From the IMG/VR virus record IMGVR_UViG_3300021387_001147, positions 23,961-87,960 of that record: a stretch of DNA of 64,000 bases; one strand, written 5' to 3'. Position 1 is the first letter of the stretch. Each line of letters starts with the position of its first letter. The notes under the pieces were generated by a model. That model had not been told where the DNA came from. It ran no database searches and saw only the letters and a list, made by a program, of their open reading frames with translations. Shown piece after piece: positions 1-10,105 of this stretch. This DNA comes from a virus. Lineage: Duplodnaviria; Caudoviricetes. A program made the translations under genes and the position numbers.

Positions 1-320
1 GGAATCACTAAACTTACGAATGATTCAATAACGACTGGCACTGTAATAGCAAAGCTCGTTGAAGCGGATGAAGGCGACTTTAAAGCATTACGAGCTGATT
101 CAGCACTAGTTAGAGGCGTTCTTCAAGTTGGCGAATCTGGAATCACTAAAATCGCTAATGACACTATTACAACCGATACAGTAATTTCGAATATTGTTAA
201 AGCCGGGTCTGCTGAGCTTACGAATCTTACATCGAATACGGCTTTCGTTAAGACGATGCTGCAGGTTGGCGAATCTGGCATTACTAAGATCGCTAATGAC
301 ACTATTACAACTGATACAGT
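1..320 (+). repeat. Three 138-bp (46-aa) tandem coding repeats
   Basis: ggaatcactaaa / ggcattactaag units start at 1, 139 and 277. Confidence 0.85.
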
Positions 321-1194
321 GTTAGCAAGACTTGCTGACGTTGACGTTCTTCATTCAGATAAGATTAGTGCTAACAGTGCTTTTGTCAGAAGTCTTCAAG
401 CTATTTCCGTTACTGAAGCAGAAGCTAAAATTACTGATGCTTATATTTACAATGCCGTTGCCGGTAAGATTGCAGTTGCTGATCTTAAAGCTGGTGACAT
501 TTACATAAGTAATAGCGCCAGGATCATGTCTGAGAACGGCGCTATGATCATGACTGGTGATGCTCTTCAGATTTATGGCACAGACTCTCTCGGAAACGAC
601 TATGTTGGCGTTCAATTAGGATACGATGCCGAAAGCATTCCATCATTGATACTACGAAATGCTGATGGTGCTGTTGTTCTTTCTCCTCAAGGTATAACTG
701 AAAACGCTGTTCCAGACGGACTTATCAGAAATGACATGGTACAGAATGGCACTCTAGGTAAAGAGAAATTCAGTTTCAATGTCATGGAGGAAGGCGACAC
801 TATCTCAATGGAACAAATCTACATGGGTGATAAAGCATTCGGATATGAGTGGAATAGCTTTACCACTGGCACAAATCAGGCACTTGAAGATTTGAGCGAT
901 GCAGTTGCAGATAGTGCAAAGTATGATGTCGTAATAGAGACTCCTGACGGCGTAGATATACGAGGCGGAAACATTAGACTAGTTGCTAGACTTTACAGAA
1001 ACGGGGTTGATGTAACAGATAGTTATGATGCTTCCCTTTTTATTTGGACAAGAAATTCATCTGATACAGTTGCTGATACGGCATGGAATCAGAGTCATAA
1101 TACAGGAACTAAGCAGTTATTGCTTTCAGGAACAGATGTTAATAAACGAGTACGATTCAATTGCAGATTTAGATATGATAGAACGGCAGCTTAA
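1..1194 (+). CDS. Minor tail protein / tail spike, C-terminal part (5' end outside window)
   Basis: Frame is open from base 1 into the listed 256 ORF; 46-aa repeats (GITKIANDTITTDTV); C-terminal Ig-like phage tail segment; tail module context. Confidence 0.75.
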   Translation, partial: GITKLTNDSITTGTVIAKLVEADEGDFKALRADSALVRGVLQVGESGITKIANDTITTDTVISNIVKAGSAELTNLTSNTAFVKTMLQVGESGITKIANDTITTDTVLARLADVDVLHSDKISANSAFVRSLQAISVTEAEAKITDAYIYNAVAGKIAVADLKAGDIYISNSARIMSENGAMIMTGDALQIYGTDSLGNDYVGVQLGYDAESIPSLILRNADGAVVLSPQGITENAVPDGLIRNDMVQNGTLGKEKFSFNVMEEGDTISMEQIYMGDKAFGYEWNSFTTGTNQALEDLSDAVADSAKYDVVIETPDGVDIRGGNIRLVARLYRNGVDVTDSYDASLFIWTRNSSDTVADTAWNQSHNTGTKQLLLSGTDVNKRVRFNCRFRYDRTAA

Positions 1195-1212
1195 TAATAG
1201 AGGGATAGCGAT

Positions 1213-3726
1213 ATGGCAGTAATTGAAAGTTATAGCAGTGTGGAGATATCTGATTCGTTAGATGTCGGATCGCTGTCATCATATTTATCAAGTTCTCAGC
1301 CGACTACAGTTGTATATGATCCGAATACAGATGTATACACACCCAACTGGGCTAGTACGAATTTAGTAATTACTCCGACGGTAACGTATAATGGAGCACA
1401 GCTTTCATTAACTGCTAACGAGCTATCGATTACATATCAAAGAAAAGATGGATCATCGTCTGCAACATCTTTAACAACTGGCGAATCTTTAAATAATGGC
1501 GTTTTAACGGTATCTAGGAACAAACTGTCGGAGAGTACTAGTGGCATTATCACTTATATTTGCACAGTCACTTATACAGATCCTTATAGTGCTGTTCCTA
1601 TATCTGTAAAGAACTCTATAACATATTCGCTCCTTACTAATGCGTCTCGAATAAAGCATGCTTACATTACAGGTGAAACAACTTTCCTATACGATTCGCT
1701 TAGAAATGTAATAGGAACCGGCTCTTTAACTATTCATGCTGATGTTCAGAACGTATCCGTCAGTAAGTGGGAATATTTGAATTCGTCTGGCAATTACGTT
1801 ACTTATCCTGATTCTGGAACGGAAACAGATCTAGTTGTACGAGCAGATGAGGCTGATATTTGGAATAATGGACGTACAGCGACAATAAAGCTTGTCACTT
1901 CAGATCCTGATACGTACGACATTGTACAGATTCAGAAGATCTACGACGGTGCAAACGGTACTGAAACGGTATCTGTAATCCTAACTAACACCAGTCATTA
2001 TGTTCCATGCGATGATGAAGGTAATGTCCTTTCGTGGAACGGTGCTCCTACCGAAATTCACATTTATGAAGGCGGCCAGGATGTTACAGCTGTTCCATGT
2101 ACTCTTTTGGATGAAGACGATGCAGTTCTGGTAGATGAAAACGGAGCGATCCTTACCGATTCTAACTGGACTGTTGCAATAGCGCCAGGACCTGGAATAA
2201 CTGGCACCTTTGAAAATTTCATCTTCACTCCGACGAGCCTAACACTTGAAACAAGTTACGTAGATTTCATTTGTTCGAAAGAAGGATACTCTAATCTTCG
2301 TGCAAGATATTCTATTACCAAATCTCGATCTGGAGCAGATGGAGAATCTCCAATAATTTATGAAGTCGGTGCCGATACATATGTACTTAACCTGAGTGAA
2401 TCTGGAGCTTTCTCGCCAGCATCTGTTAAGTTCTCTGCTCATACCATATCTGGTGAATCAATTACCAGAATAGATTATCCTGCGAGATTCATCATCTACG
2501 AATCTACCGACGGCATTAATTTCACTGAGAAGTATAGAAGTGCCGGTGATGAGTATGTGAAGACATATACTCCTTCCTCTGTTAACGTAGTTGCAATCAG
2601 ATGTGTAATGTATGCATCTGGATCTACAACTACTGTTCTTGATGAGCAGATGGTTGTTATTACAAAAGACGGAGTAGATGGAGCGCCTGGCATGTCAGGT
2701 ATGTCTATCGGACTTTCTAATTCTCAGGACATTATATCTTGTAACGAAAATGGATACGCTGCCGAAGCCAAGACAATAACAATTCCATTCTATGCTTATT
2801 TAGGTATAGAAAGAGTACCTGTTACAGCATCGATTATTGGATCTCTTCCTAGCGGTGTTTCCCTTTCAAGTAATGCGAGTGGAACAACTTCAGCAGATGG
2901 GCAGATAGTATTACAAGTTGCTAAAAATGCTACATTCGGTAATGCGTCCACTCTTACTGGAGCTATAATAATCAGGCTTGTATTTAATGGCGGCAGTGTA
3001 GATCGAAATTATATTTGGACAAAGAATCTGAAAGGCGTAGACGGCACAAGTACAAGCATTCTACAAATCTATTCCGACGATGGAAATATTATAAGGAATT
3101 CTGTTGGAACTGTGACATTAAAAGCTAGATACATAAACGGTGGAACTGTAGTAACGCCTACTAGCTTACAGTGGTATAAATTTCAAACAGGTTCATATAA
3201 AGCTATATCAGGAGCTACAGCTGCAACTCTAACAGTAACCGCAGCTATGGTCGATGATATGGCTTTCTTTAAATGCATCGGCACTTATGGCGGAGTATCC
3301 TGTGAAGACTACTATACAGTAGACGATATTCAGGATTTAATAAACGCTGAAGTATTCTCAACAGTCGCTGAATTTAAGAACGGCGAAGGATATGGTGCTG
3401 TTTATACAAGACTATATAGACCGGATGGAGAAATTGATCCTCTGTTGTCAACAGTATTTTCTGCAGTACCACCTTCTAATCCGTCAAACAACGATTACTA
3501 TTATCACCTCGATCGAGATAATAAGACAGTCACTCTTAAAAAGTATAATGGCTCATCTTGGGCTTCAGTAACAGAGAATTACAAATATACATATAAATAC
3601 TACAGAATCAATAAAGATGGGCAGGCATTAGATAAAGCACAGCCATATAAAACATCCAGATGCGTATACGTAGATCCAACTATAGTAGGTGAAGTGATGC
3701 AATTCGTATGCGAGGTTGATGCTTAG
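1213..3726 (+). CDS. Tail-associated beta-rich structural protein (Ig-like modules)
   Basis: 837 aa, Thr/Ser/Val-rich, short collagen-like G-X-X linkers, RBS gggatag. Confidence 0.7.
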   Translation: MAVIESYSSVEISDSLDVGSLSSYLSSSQPTTVVYDPNTDVYTPNWASTNLVITPTVTYNGAQLSLTANELSITYQRKDGSSSATSLTTGESLNNGVLTVSRNKLSESTSGIITYICTVTYTDPYSAVPISVKNSITYSLLTNASRIKHAYITGETTFLYDSLRNVIGTGSLTIHADVQNVSVSKWEYLNSSGNYVTYPDSGTETDLVVRADEADIWNNGRTATIKLVTSDPDTYDIVQIQKIYDGANGTETVSVILTNTSHYVPCDDEGNVLSWNGAPTEIHIYEGGQDVTAVPCTLLDEDDAVLVDENGAILTDSNWTVAIAPGPGITGTFENFIFTPTSLTLETSYVDFICSKEGYSNLRARYSITKSRSGADGESPIIYEVGADTYVLNLSESGAFSPASVKFSAHTISGESITRIDYPARFIIYESTDGINFTEKYRSAGDEYVKTYTPSSVNVVAIRCVMYASGSTTTVLDEQMVVITKDGVDGAPGMSGMSIGLSNSQDIISCNENGYAAEAKTITIPFYAYLGIERVPVTASIIGSLPSGVSLSSNASGTTSADGQIVLQVAKNATFGNASTLTGAIIIRLVFNGGSVDRNYIWTKNLKGVDGTSTSILQIYSDDGNIIRNSVGTVTLKARYINGGTVVTPTSLQWYKFQTGSYKAISGATAATLTVTAAMVDDMAFFKCIGTYGGVSCEDYYTVDDIQDLINAEVFSTVAEFKNGEGYGAVYTRLYRPDGEIDPLLSTVFSAVPPSNPSNNDYYYHLDRDNKTVTLKKYNGSSWASVTENYKYTYKYYRINKDGQALDKAQPYKTSRCVYVDPTIVGEVMQFVCEVDA

Positions 3727-3737
3727 GAGGAACTAAC

Positions 3738-6700
3738 ATGAGTATAGCGTTTGGCAGCATTACGCTAAGCTGCGTAAATGACGGCGAGCCTGGGAGAAAT
3801 GGGGTTGGGATTTCGTCAACTGTAGTTGAATACGCTACCGGATCATCTCAGACAATACCTCCTGAGTATACCCTCGTCGATGAAAACAATACTGTGCTTG
3901 TCGATGGCGATGGCGCTATCTTAACGAATGGCCAGTGGGAAACTGAAATTCCAGTAGTGCATGACGGTATGTACTTGTGGTCTAGAACGATCACGACATA
4001 CGATGATGGAACATTTAGCATATCGTATTCAGTAAGTAGAGACGGTATAGGCATATTAACAGAGAAAAGACAGTACTATCTATCTGATTCTCCTACTACT
4101 TTATCAGGAGGCTCATGGGTATATGAACAGCCATATCCGATTCCTGCTGGCAAATATATGTGGGGTCGTCTGGAATTCAAAATGACAGATGGAACCACTA
4201 CTTATTCAGAAGCTGTTTACGAAAATACTTTGAGTGGCATCATAAATAAGACAGATGCCATTGAAGGAAAGATAACACAGAAGATCTGGCAGACAGATAT
4301 TGAATCTGCTATTGATGACTTTGACACTCTCGAAGGCAACACAACTATAAGAGATCGAATTTCTGAGTTTTCACAGGATCTGGATGGAATTCATACAACT
4401 ATTGGCGATAAAACTTCAAGTCCTAGTGGAATATTGGAAAGGCTATCTAGAGTTTCTCAAACAGCTGACAAGATCTCATGGCTTGTGAAATCTGGTGATA
4501 ACATCTCTAATATGGTCCTTACTGATGAGATGTTTAATCTCATAACTCAGAAGATTAACATTTCTGGTAAGGTCACATTTAGTGCATTTGATTCAGCAGC
4601 TCAGCAAAAGTTTAATGACATGGAGACTGACCTCTCGAATATTAACATCCGAGACTTCAAACAAGAATACGGTTACAGTACAAGCAGAACTGTTCAACCT
4701 GTATCTTGGCAGACAAATGTTCCTGAAGCAGCTGAAGGACGTTATATTTGGCAGAAGACGACTTACACTACTAAAGGCAGTAGCCAGAAGATAGAAGAGA
4801 TAGTATGTCTAACAGGTCAGAAAGGCGATACTGGTCCTGCCGGATCATCTGTCACAGCTTATACGCTCGAAGTTTCTCACGCTGCTGTCGCTAAAGCAGT
4901 TAATGGATCATATAATCCTGCGTCCATTACACTTAACGCTAGGTCGAAGGTAGGGTCATCCCCTGCTTCTGATTACAGTGGACGATTCGTGATTGAGACG
5001 TCTACAGATGGCAGCACTTGGAGGAATCCTCCTGACTATACCTCATCTATAAACGAAGCAATTCGCAGCTTTACAATTCCATCAGGAACAGTTGCAATCA
5101 GATGTTCGCTTTATGCTGCAGGCGGTACTACAACACTTCTTGATCAGCAGACAGTTCCAGTTGTAAACGACGGCGCTAATGGCGGAAAAGGCGAAGACGC
5201 ATATACGATTATATTAACGAATGAGGCTCACACATTTATCGGTAATAGCTCTACAGTTATTCCGACCAGTGTGAATTGCGGTGTTATAGCTTATAAAGGG
5301 GCTACTCAGATAGCAGCTCATATAGGAGAGATTACTGGCAAGCCGTCTGGACTTAGCACCTCTATTACGAATAACGACACTACCACAGCCAGATTTACAG
5401 TAAGCGTTACGTCTTCTTTAGCATCGAATAATGGCACTCTTACAGTTCCAATAGTTGCAGATGGAAAGCAGTTTACTAAATACTTTTCGTATTCTGTATC
5501 ACTTAAAGGGGCTACAGGAGCACAAGGACCTGCTGGAAAAGGCATTACAAATACGGATATTGCTTACTGTGTTGGTGAATCTGGAACCGAAGCTCCTGGC
5601 GGTTATACGATATGGGCTGATGGAGATGGAGCTAAATTAACAGATGGAGATGGAGCCTATCTTATTGACAGCACATGGTCAACAACTATACCAGATGTTC
5701 CAGACGGATCGTTCCTTTGGGTAAGGAAGATTGAAACATATTCTGATGGCAGCTCTACTACATCATATAGTGTAGCTAGAAGTGGTGTATCTGGTGGCGA
5801 CGCTTATACCGTTATGCTGACGAATGAATCTCATACCTTCTTAGGAGCAGAAGATCATGCCATTGGTGGGACAGTTATATTTGAGGTTGCTGCTTACAAA
5901 GGTGCTGGTCGAATAGAAGCTACTATAGGAAACATATCAAGTACTTCAGGTGGGAGCTCTGTATCTGTAACCGGTATGTCTGTTACAGTTACAGAAAACG
6001 GCACAAAGAATCCTAAGATCAGTGTTACCGTTACCGATAAAATGAAGGATGCAAACGGTATACTTTATATTCCGATAACTGTAGATGGTAACACTTTCAC
6101 AAAAGAATTTACTTATTCAGTAGCATTCAAAGGAAAAGACGGAAAAGATGCTAAAGTTCGTTATCTTGAGGTTTCAAATGTTGCAATAGTAAGAGATTCT
6201 AGTGGTACATATACTCCTAATTATATTCAGGTAGGCGCTAAAGAGAGATCTGGAACTTCTGCCATGACTGGGTATTCAGGCAGATTTAAGATTGAGACAA
6301 CTGAAAACTTTACTAATTGGACCGCTAGGTATACAACGCCAAGTGACGTATCAGCTTATATTTATTCCAATTTCCCTGCGAACATTAAAGCTATCAGATG
6401 CAGTCTATACGAAGCTGGAGGAACAACTGTACTTCTTGATCAGCAGACAGTAGCAATCGTTGAGAATGGCTCTGAAGGAAGAGGCGTAGCATCTATTGAA
6501 TATTACTATTGTTTAAGTGAAAATAAGCCGGTAACGAATCCTATAGACGATAAGGTGAATTGGTCTACAACTCCTCAGAAGTATGACGACGTAAGCAAGA
6601 AATATTGGACTTGTACAGTAACTACATATTCTGACGGATCTAAAGTTGCTAGTGCTATAGTCGAGGATTCTGGTGCGAATTCTATGAATGAGTATGCTAT

Positions 6701-8441
6701 GCTCGCATATCAGGCAGCTGGAACTTCTGAACAGATTCTTAAGGTATGGACTAAAGATTCTAGTCTTGCTGATACTACAATTGATGGCGGATTCATTAAA
6801 ACTCATACCATAGATTCTGAGCGGCTTAAAACTGATGCTATAATGTCTGGGAACTATGATCCGTATAGTGGAGGAAAAGCAGCATACAATATTGCACTTT
6901 CTAACGATATGCATACCTTCACTACTGGTGGAAGCTCTACTTTGATTAACGTTGTAGGCTACAAAGGAAGAACTAAAGTTGCCACTAGAGTAGCTTTAAA
7001 AAATGCTGCACCTTCTGGTATGACCTGTTCCATTTCTGATAATAATACAGTAAATACTAAGTGCACTGTTACTACCTCTTCATCTTTTAATAGAAGTGGT
7101 TCGCTTACTTTTGTCGTTACAGTCGGAAGTGGGACAGAAGCTTATAGTGTAGAAAGAACTTTTACATATAATGTTTCGTCAGTTAATAGGCAGCTTAGCT
7201 TAATCTACATTGTTGACACTTCTAGCTATCCAGTATCAATCATTGAGAAGAAAACTGATAATACATTTAACCCGGATAACATATCTGTACAAGCTACAGC
7301 TATACCTGGCGGTATATACAACGGACGCTTTCGTATAGAGACAACTGCCAATATAGAAGACAATCCAGAAAATACTTATTGGGCGTCCCAATACGAATCG
7401 TCACAGGATGAGTTTATGTATAGGTATACTGCCATCCCTGACAAAGTAAAAGCTATCAGATTTTCATTGTATGCATCTGGCGGGTTTACAACACTTCTTG
7501 ATCAGCAGACTGTACTTGTAGCCACTGATTTTGCAGCGTTTTCAGCACAGGGTACATATCTTGACTTAGCTACAGGAAACTTTTATTCTCCGAATTTTGC
7601 AGTAATAAATACCGCTCCTTCTGATACCGGCTTTACTAAGGGCACTTATATGGGACCATGGAGAGTTACAGAAGACGCTATTTGGAAGATAAGCCAAAAG
7701 TTTAAGAATTCTCAAGCGAACTCTGCATATTTTGGAAATGAAGGCATTAGTATTACTGATAAGTTTAGCGTTGACAAGACTGGATATTTGGATACGAAAA
7801 AAGGCAAGATTGGCGATTGGTATATCGATGATGTTAATGGATATTTAAGAAGCGCCGACAGTACTGTTATAATATCACCTAAAAGTACCAAAGATGGAGA
7901 TAATTATATATACGCGAAATTCGGTGGAACATGGATAGATAATCAAGGAAGCATGTATACAAGAGGCATAAATCTTGAGAAATGGATCAGTGCCTATAAT
8001 ATTCATGGGTTTGCCAGTGCACTTGTACCGCAGTGCGGAAAAGAGCTTGGCATTAACAACAGTACTGATTATAATTTTGTAAAGTTCGGAAGTTATGCTT
8101 CAGCATGGATAGCAGCTCACGAGTCAGACAGTTTATTATATGCAAGAGCTGGTGGCGTAATATATGAACTTGGCAACTTCTTGTCCAATACAGTATGTCT
8201 TCGATATAAAAAATCGTCTATAAGAACTGACACTTTCACCGACGTTCAGCTTGGAAAAGTATATTTTGTTTCGATTTATCATACGCAATATGGTGACAGT
8301 ATTGGTCTTTATATGGTTATTGGTGGTAAAGCAACGTACTGTACAATAATCGGCGGAGCTAATCTTAGATTAACAGTTACTGCCAATTCAATAGCATTCG
8401 AAGACACTAAGAATACTTCATCTTGGTACATTTACTATTAA
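3738..8441 (+). CDS. Large tail fibre / adhesin with repeated modules
   Basis: 1567 aa; repeated YTxxLTNExHTF and LLDQQTV modules, collagen-like GQKGDTGPAG, W..T.T.Y.DG repeats. Confidence 0.75.
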   Translation: MSIAFGSITLSCVNDGEPGRNGVGISSTVVEYATGSSQTIPPEYTLVDENNTVLVDGDGAILTNGQWETEIPVVHDGMYLWSRTITTYDDGTFSISYSVSRDGIGILTEKRQYYLSDSPTTLSGGSWVYEQPYPIPAGKYMWGRLEFKMTDGTTTYSEAVYENTLSGIINKTDAIEGKITQKIWQTDIESAIDDFDTLEGNTTIRDRISEFSQDLDGIHTTIGDKTSSPSGILERLSRVSQTADKISWLVKSGDNISNMVLTDEMFNLITQKINISGKVTFSAFDSAAQQKFNDMETDLSNINIRDFKQEYGYSTSRTVQPVSWQTNVPEAAEGRYIWQKTTYTTKGSSQKIEEIVCLTGQKGDTGPAGSSVTAYTLEVSHAAVAKAVNGSYNPASITLNARSKVGSSPASDYSGRFVIETSTDGSTWRNPPDYTSSINEAIRSFTIPSGTVAIRCSLYAAGGTTTLLDQQTVPVVNDGANGGKGEDAYTIILTNEAHTFIGNSSTVIPTSVNCGVIAYKGATQIAAHIGEITGKPSGLSTSITNNDTTTARFTVSVTSSLASNNGTLTVPIVADGKQFTKYFSYSVSLKGATGAQGPAGKGITNTDIAYCVGESGTEAPGGYTIWADGDGAKLTDGDGAYLIDSTWSTTIPDVPDGSFLWVRKIETYSDGSSTTSYSVARSGVSGGDAYTVMLTNESHTFLGAEDHAIGGTVIFEVAAYKGAGRIEATIGNISSTSGGSSVSVTGMSVTVTENGTKNPKISVTVTDKMKDANGILYIPITVDGNTFTKEFTYSVAFKGKDGKDAKVRYLEVSNVAIVRDSSGTYTPNYIQVGAKERSGTSAMTGYSGRFKIETTENFTNWTARYTTPSDVSAYIYSNFPANIKAIRCSLYEAGGTTVLLDQQTVAIVENGSEGRGVASIEYYYCLSENKPVTNPIDDKVNWSTTPQKYDDVSKKYWTCTVTTYSDGSKVASAIVEDSGANSMNEYAMLAYQAAGTSEQILKVWTKDSSLADTTIDGGFIKTHTIDSERLKTDAIMSGNYDPYSGGKAAYNIALSNDMHTFTTGGSSTLINVVGYKGRTKVATRVALKNAAPSGMTCSISDNNTVNTKCTVTTSSSFNRSGSLTFVVTVGSGTEAYSVERTFTYNVSSVNRQLSLIYIVDTSSYPVSIIEKKTDNTFNPDNISVQATAIPGGIYNGRFRIETTANIEDNPENTYWASQYESSQDEFMYRYTAIPDKVKAIRFSLYASGGFTTLLDQQTVLVATDFAAFSAQGTYLDLATGNFYSPNFAVINTAPSDTGFTKGTYMGPWRVTEDAIWKISQKFKNSQANSAYFGNEGISITDKFSVDKTGYLDTKKGKIGDWYIDDVNGYLRSADSTVIISPKSTKDGDNYIYAKFGGTWIDNQGSMYTRGINLEKWISAYNIHGFASALVPQCGKELGINNSTDYNFVKFGSYASAWIAAHESDSLLYARAGGVIYELGNFLSNTVCLRYKKSSIRTDTFTDVQLGKVYFVSIYHTQYGDSIGLYMVIGGKATYCTIIGGANLRLTVTANSIAFEDTKNTSSWYIYY

Positions 8442-8464
8442 CTTTTTGAGAAAGGAGATAACAA

Positions 8465-9433
8465 ATGCCTGATCAAACACGAAATCTTAATAGTGTTACA
8501 GACTTTGCTGGAACACTAGATAGCAACGATCGAATCATCATGACAGACAACAAGGCTTCACTTAAAGCTCTTACTACCGCTATTCTTGGTAAGGCGATAA
8601 TTGAAGGGTATACTGGATCATCGTTAGCAGGAGCGAGTCAGTCTGTTAAGTCTGCTATTGATAGTTTAAATAGCAAACAAGCAGGAGCAAACGCAGGTGG
8701 TCACAACTCCGTTTTCCGTGGCAAGAACCTCGGAACATCTGTTACCGCTTCTCAGTGGTCGGCAATCAGCGGTGGGACGTTCGATGATTTGTATATTGGC
8801 GACTATTGGGTAATTAACTCAGTAACGTGGCGTATTGCAGCTTTCGACTATTGGCTGAATTGCGGTGACACAGCATGCACGACTCACCATGCTGTCATCG
8901 TTCCTGACAGCAATTTGCTGAACGCAGACGGAAGCACAACGCATTATATGAATACTTCAAATACTACTGAAGGCGGCTACATTGGGAGCGGATTTTTCTC
9001 CGGTACGAATGCCGACAGTTCATCGAATACGGCGAAAGCGCAGTGCGTCACAAAGGCACAGAATGCTTTCGGGTCTTCACATATTCTGACTCACAGAGAA
9101 TATTTCTCTAATGCAGTAACGAACGGATATGTATCTGGAGGAACGTGGACAGACAGCACTGTAGATTTGATGAACGAGTCGATGGTATATGGCAACAAGT
9201 TCTTCGAGAACATCATTAACGGAACAAATGTTCCTGCCGCATATACTATTGATAAAGTACAGCTCCCCCTGTTTGCTTTTACACCGCAGTATATTTGTAA
9301 TCGTGCGGACTGGTGGCTTCGTTCTGTTGTTTCTTCTTCGCATTTCGCTCGTGTCGGCGCCAGCGGGCTTTGCTACTACTTCGACGCTTCGAGCCCAGGG
9401 CTTGGGCTTCGCCCGGCTTTCGGAATCAAATAA
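8465..9433 (+). CDS. DGR target-like protein with C-terminal CLec-type variable region (receptor-binding)
   Basis: C-terminus WWLRSVVSSSHFARV...ASSPGLGLRPAF is typical of Firmicutes phage DGR targets; the IGDYW...WRIAAFDY core is also typical. Confidence 0.8.
   Translation: MPDQTRNLNSVTDFAGTLDSNDRIIMTDNKASLKALTTAILGKAIIEGYTGSSLAGASQSVKSAIDSLNSKQAGANAGGHNSVFRGKNLGTSVTASQWSAISGGTFDDLYIGDYWVINSVTWRIAAFDYWLNCGDTACTTHHAVIVPDSNLLNADGSTTHYMNTSNTTEGGYIGSGFFSGTNADSSSNTAKAQCVTKAQNAFGSSHILTHREYFSNAVTNGYVSGGTWTDSTVDLMNESMVYGNKFFENIINGTNVPAAYTIDKVQLPLFAFTPQYICNRADWWLRSVVSSSHFARVGASGLCYYFDASSPGLGLRPAFGIK
9308..9433 (+). other. DGR variable region (VR)
   Basis: Only 7 A in 111 nt (9311-9421); run of NNC/NNT codons as expected from adenine mutagenesis of AAY codons. 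Confidence 0.75.
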
Positions 9434-9440
9434 TCTTTAA

Positions 9441-9463
9441 TCTCCGCCCCTCGTGGGCGGAGA
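9441..9463 (+). promoter_or_regulatory. GC-rich hairpin after VR (DGR target-recognition hairpin and/or terminator)
   Basis: tctccgccc-ctcgt-gggcggaga, 9-bp perfect stem, 7 nt after the stop. Confidence 0.7.
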
Positions 9464-9489
9464 GGTAATTCTGAAAGGAGGAGTTGACT

Positions 9490-9537
9490 ATGTCAGTTCC
9501 TAAGTACCAATTTAACTCATTACTTTTCACAAGTTAA
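9490..9537 (+). pseudogene. Probable truncated avd (DGR accessory) start
   Basis: Strong RBS aaggagg then MSVPKYQFNSLLFTS*; an MSVPK-like start is typical of Avd-like ORFs following VR hairpins (recalled, not searched). Confidence 0.45.
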
Positions 9538-9563
9538 CACACTACTAAGAGAAAGGAGACTCA

Positions 9564-10013
9564 ATGAAAAAGAATCTGACTACAGCCCAAGTTTTATATT
9601 TGCTTGACTTCTATGGCGGGATGAATGAAGAAAAGCTTAACGAACTTGGGATTAAAGTCAGGTGGGCACTAAAGAGAGCTGTGAGTTCTGTGTATCCTAT
9701 AGCTAAGCAGTTCGAGGATTTCAGAAAAGAAGAAATTGAAAAGATCCGAGCCAATTATGCCACACCTGAAAAATCTGTAATTGAGCAAGACGGAGAAGAA
9801 ACTAAAAGATCTATAAAAGATGAATTCAAAGAAGCTTATCAGAAAGATCTTGATAGTCTTAATAAAGCCTTACGAGAGCTTTTGGATGAGCAGCACGAAT
9901 TTGAGTATGGCGGAGTTGATATGGATACGGTTGTTGAATCGTTACCAGACAACTCCGTTTTTACGTTTAAAGATCTTGAAATATTAAGTGATTTCATAGG
10001 AGAAGACCGATGA
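9564..10013 (+). CDS. Hypothetical phage protein (tail chaperone-like, helical)
   Basis: RBS aaggag, 149 aa, position between tail and lysis genes. Confidence 0.6.
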   Translation: MKKNLTTAQVLYLLDFYGGMNEEKLNELGIKVRWALKRAVSSVYPIAKQFEDFRKEEIEKIRANYATPEKSVIEQDGEETKRSIKDEFKEAYQKDLDSLNKALRELLDEQHEFEYGGVDMDTVVESLPDNSVFTFKDLEILSDFIGEDR

Positions 10014-10105
10014 AAGAAAAAACGGATATTAAAGATTTGATTCCTGAAGCTACTGACGAAACAAAAGAAGAGCTTTCAGACAATAAAGGAGACGATGAAG
10101 AATGA
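10010..10105 (+). CDS. Small acidic protein (31 aa)
   Basis: ATGA overlaps with both neighbours; RBS ggag. Confidence 0.5.
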   Translation: MKEKTDIKDLIPEATDETKEELSDNKGDDEE

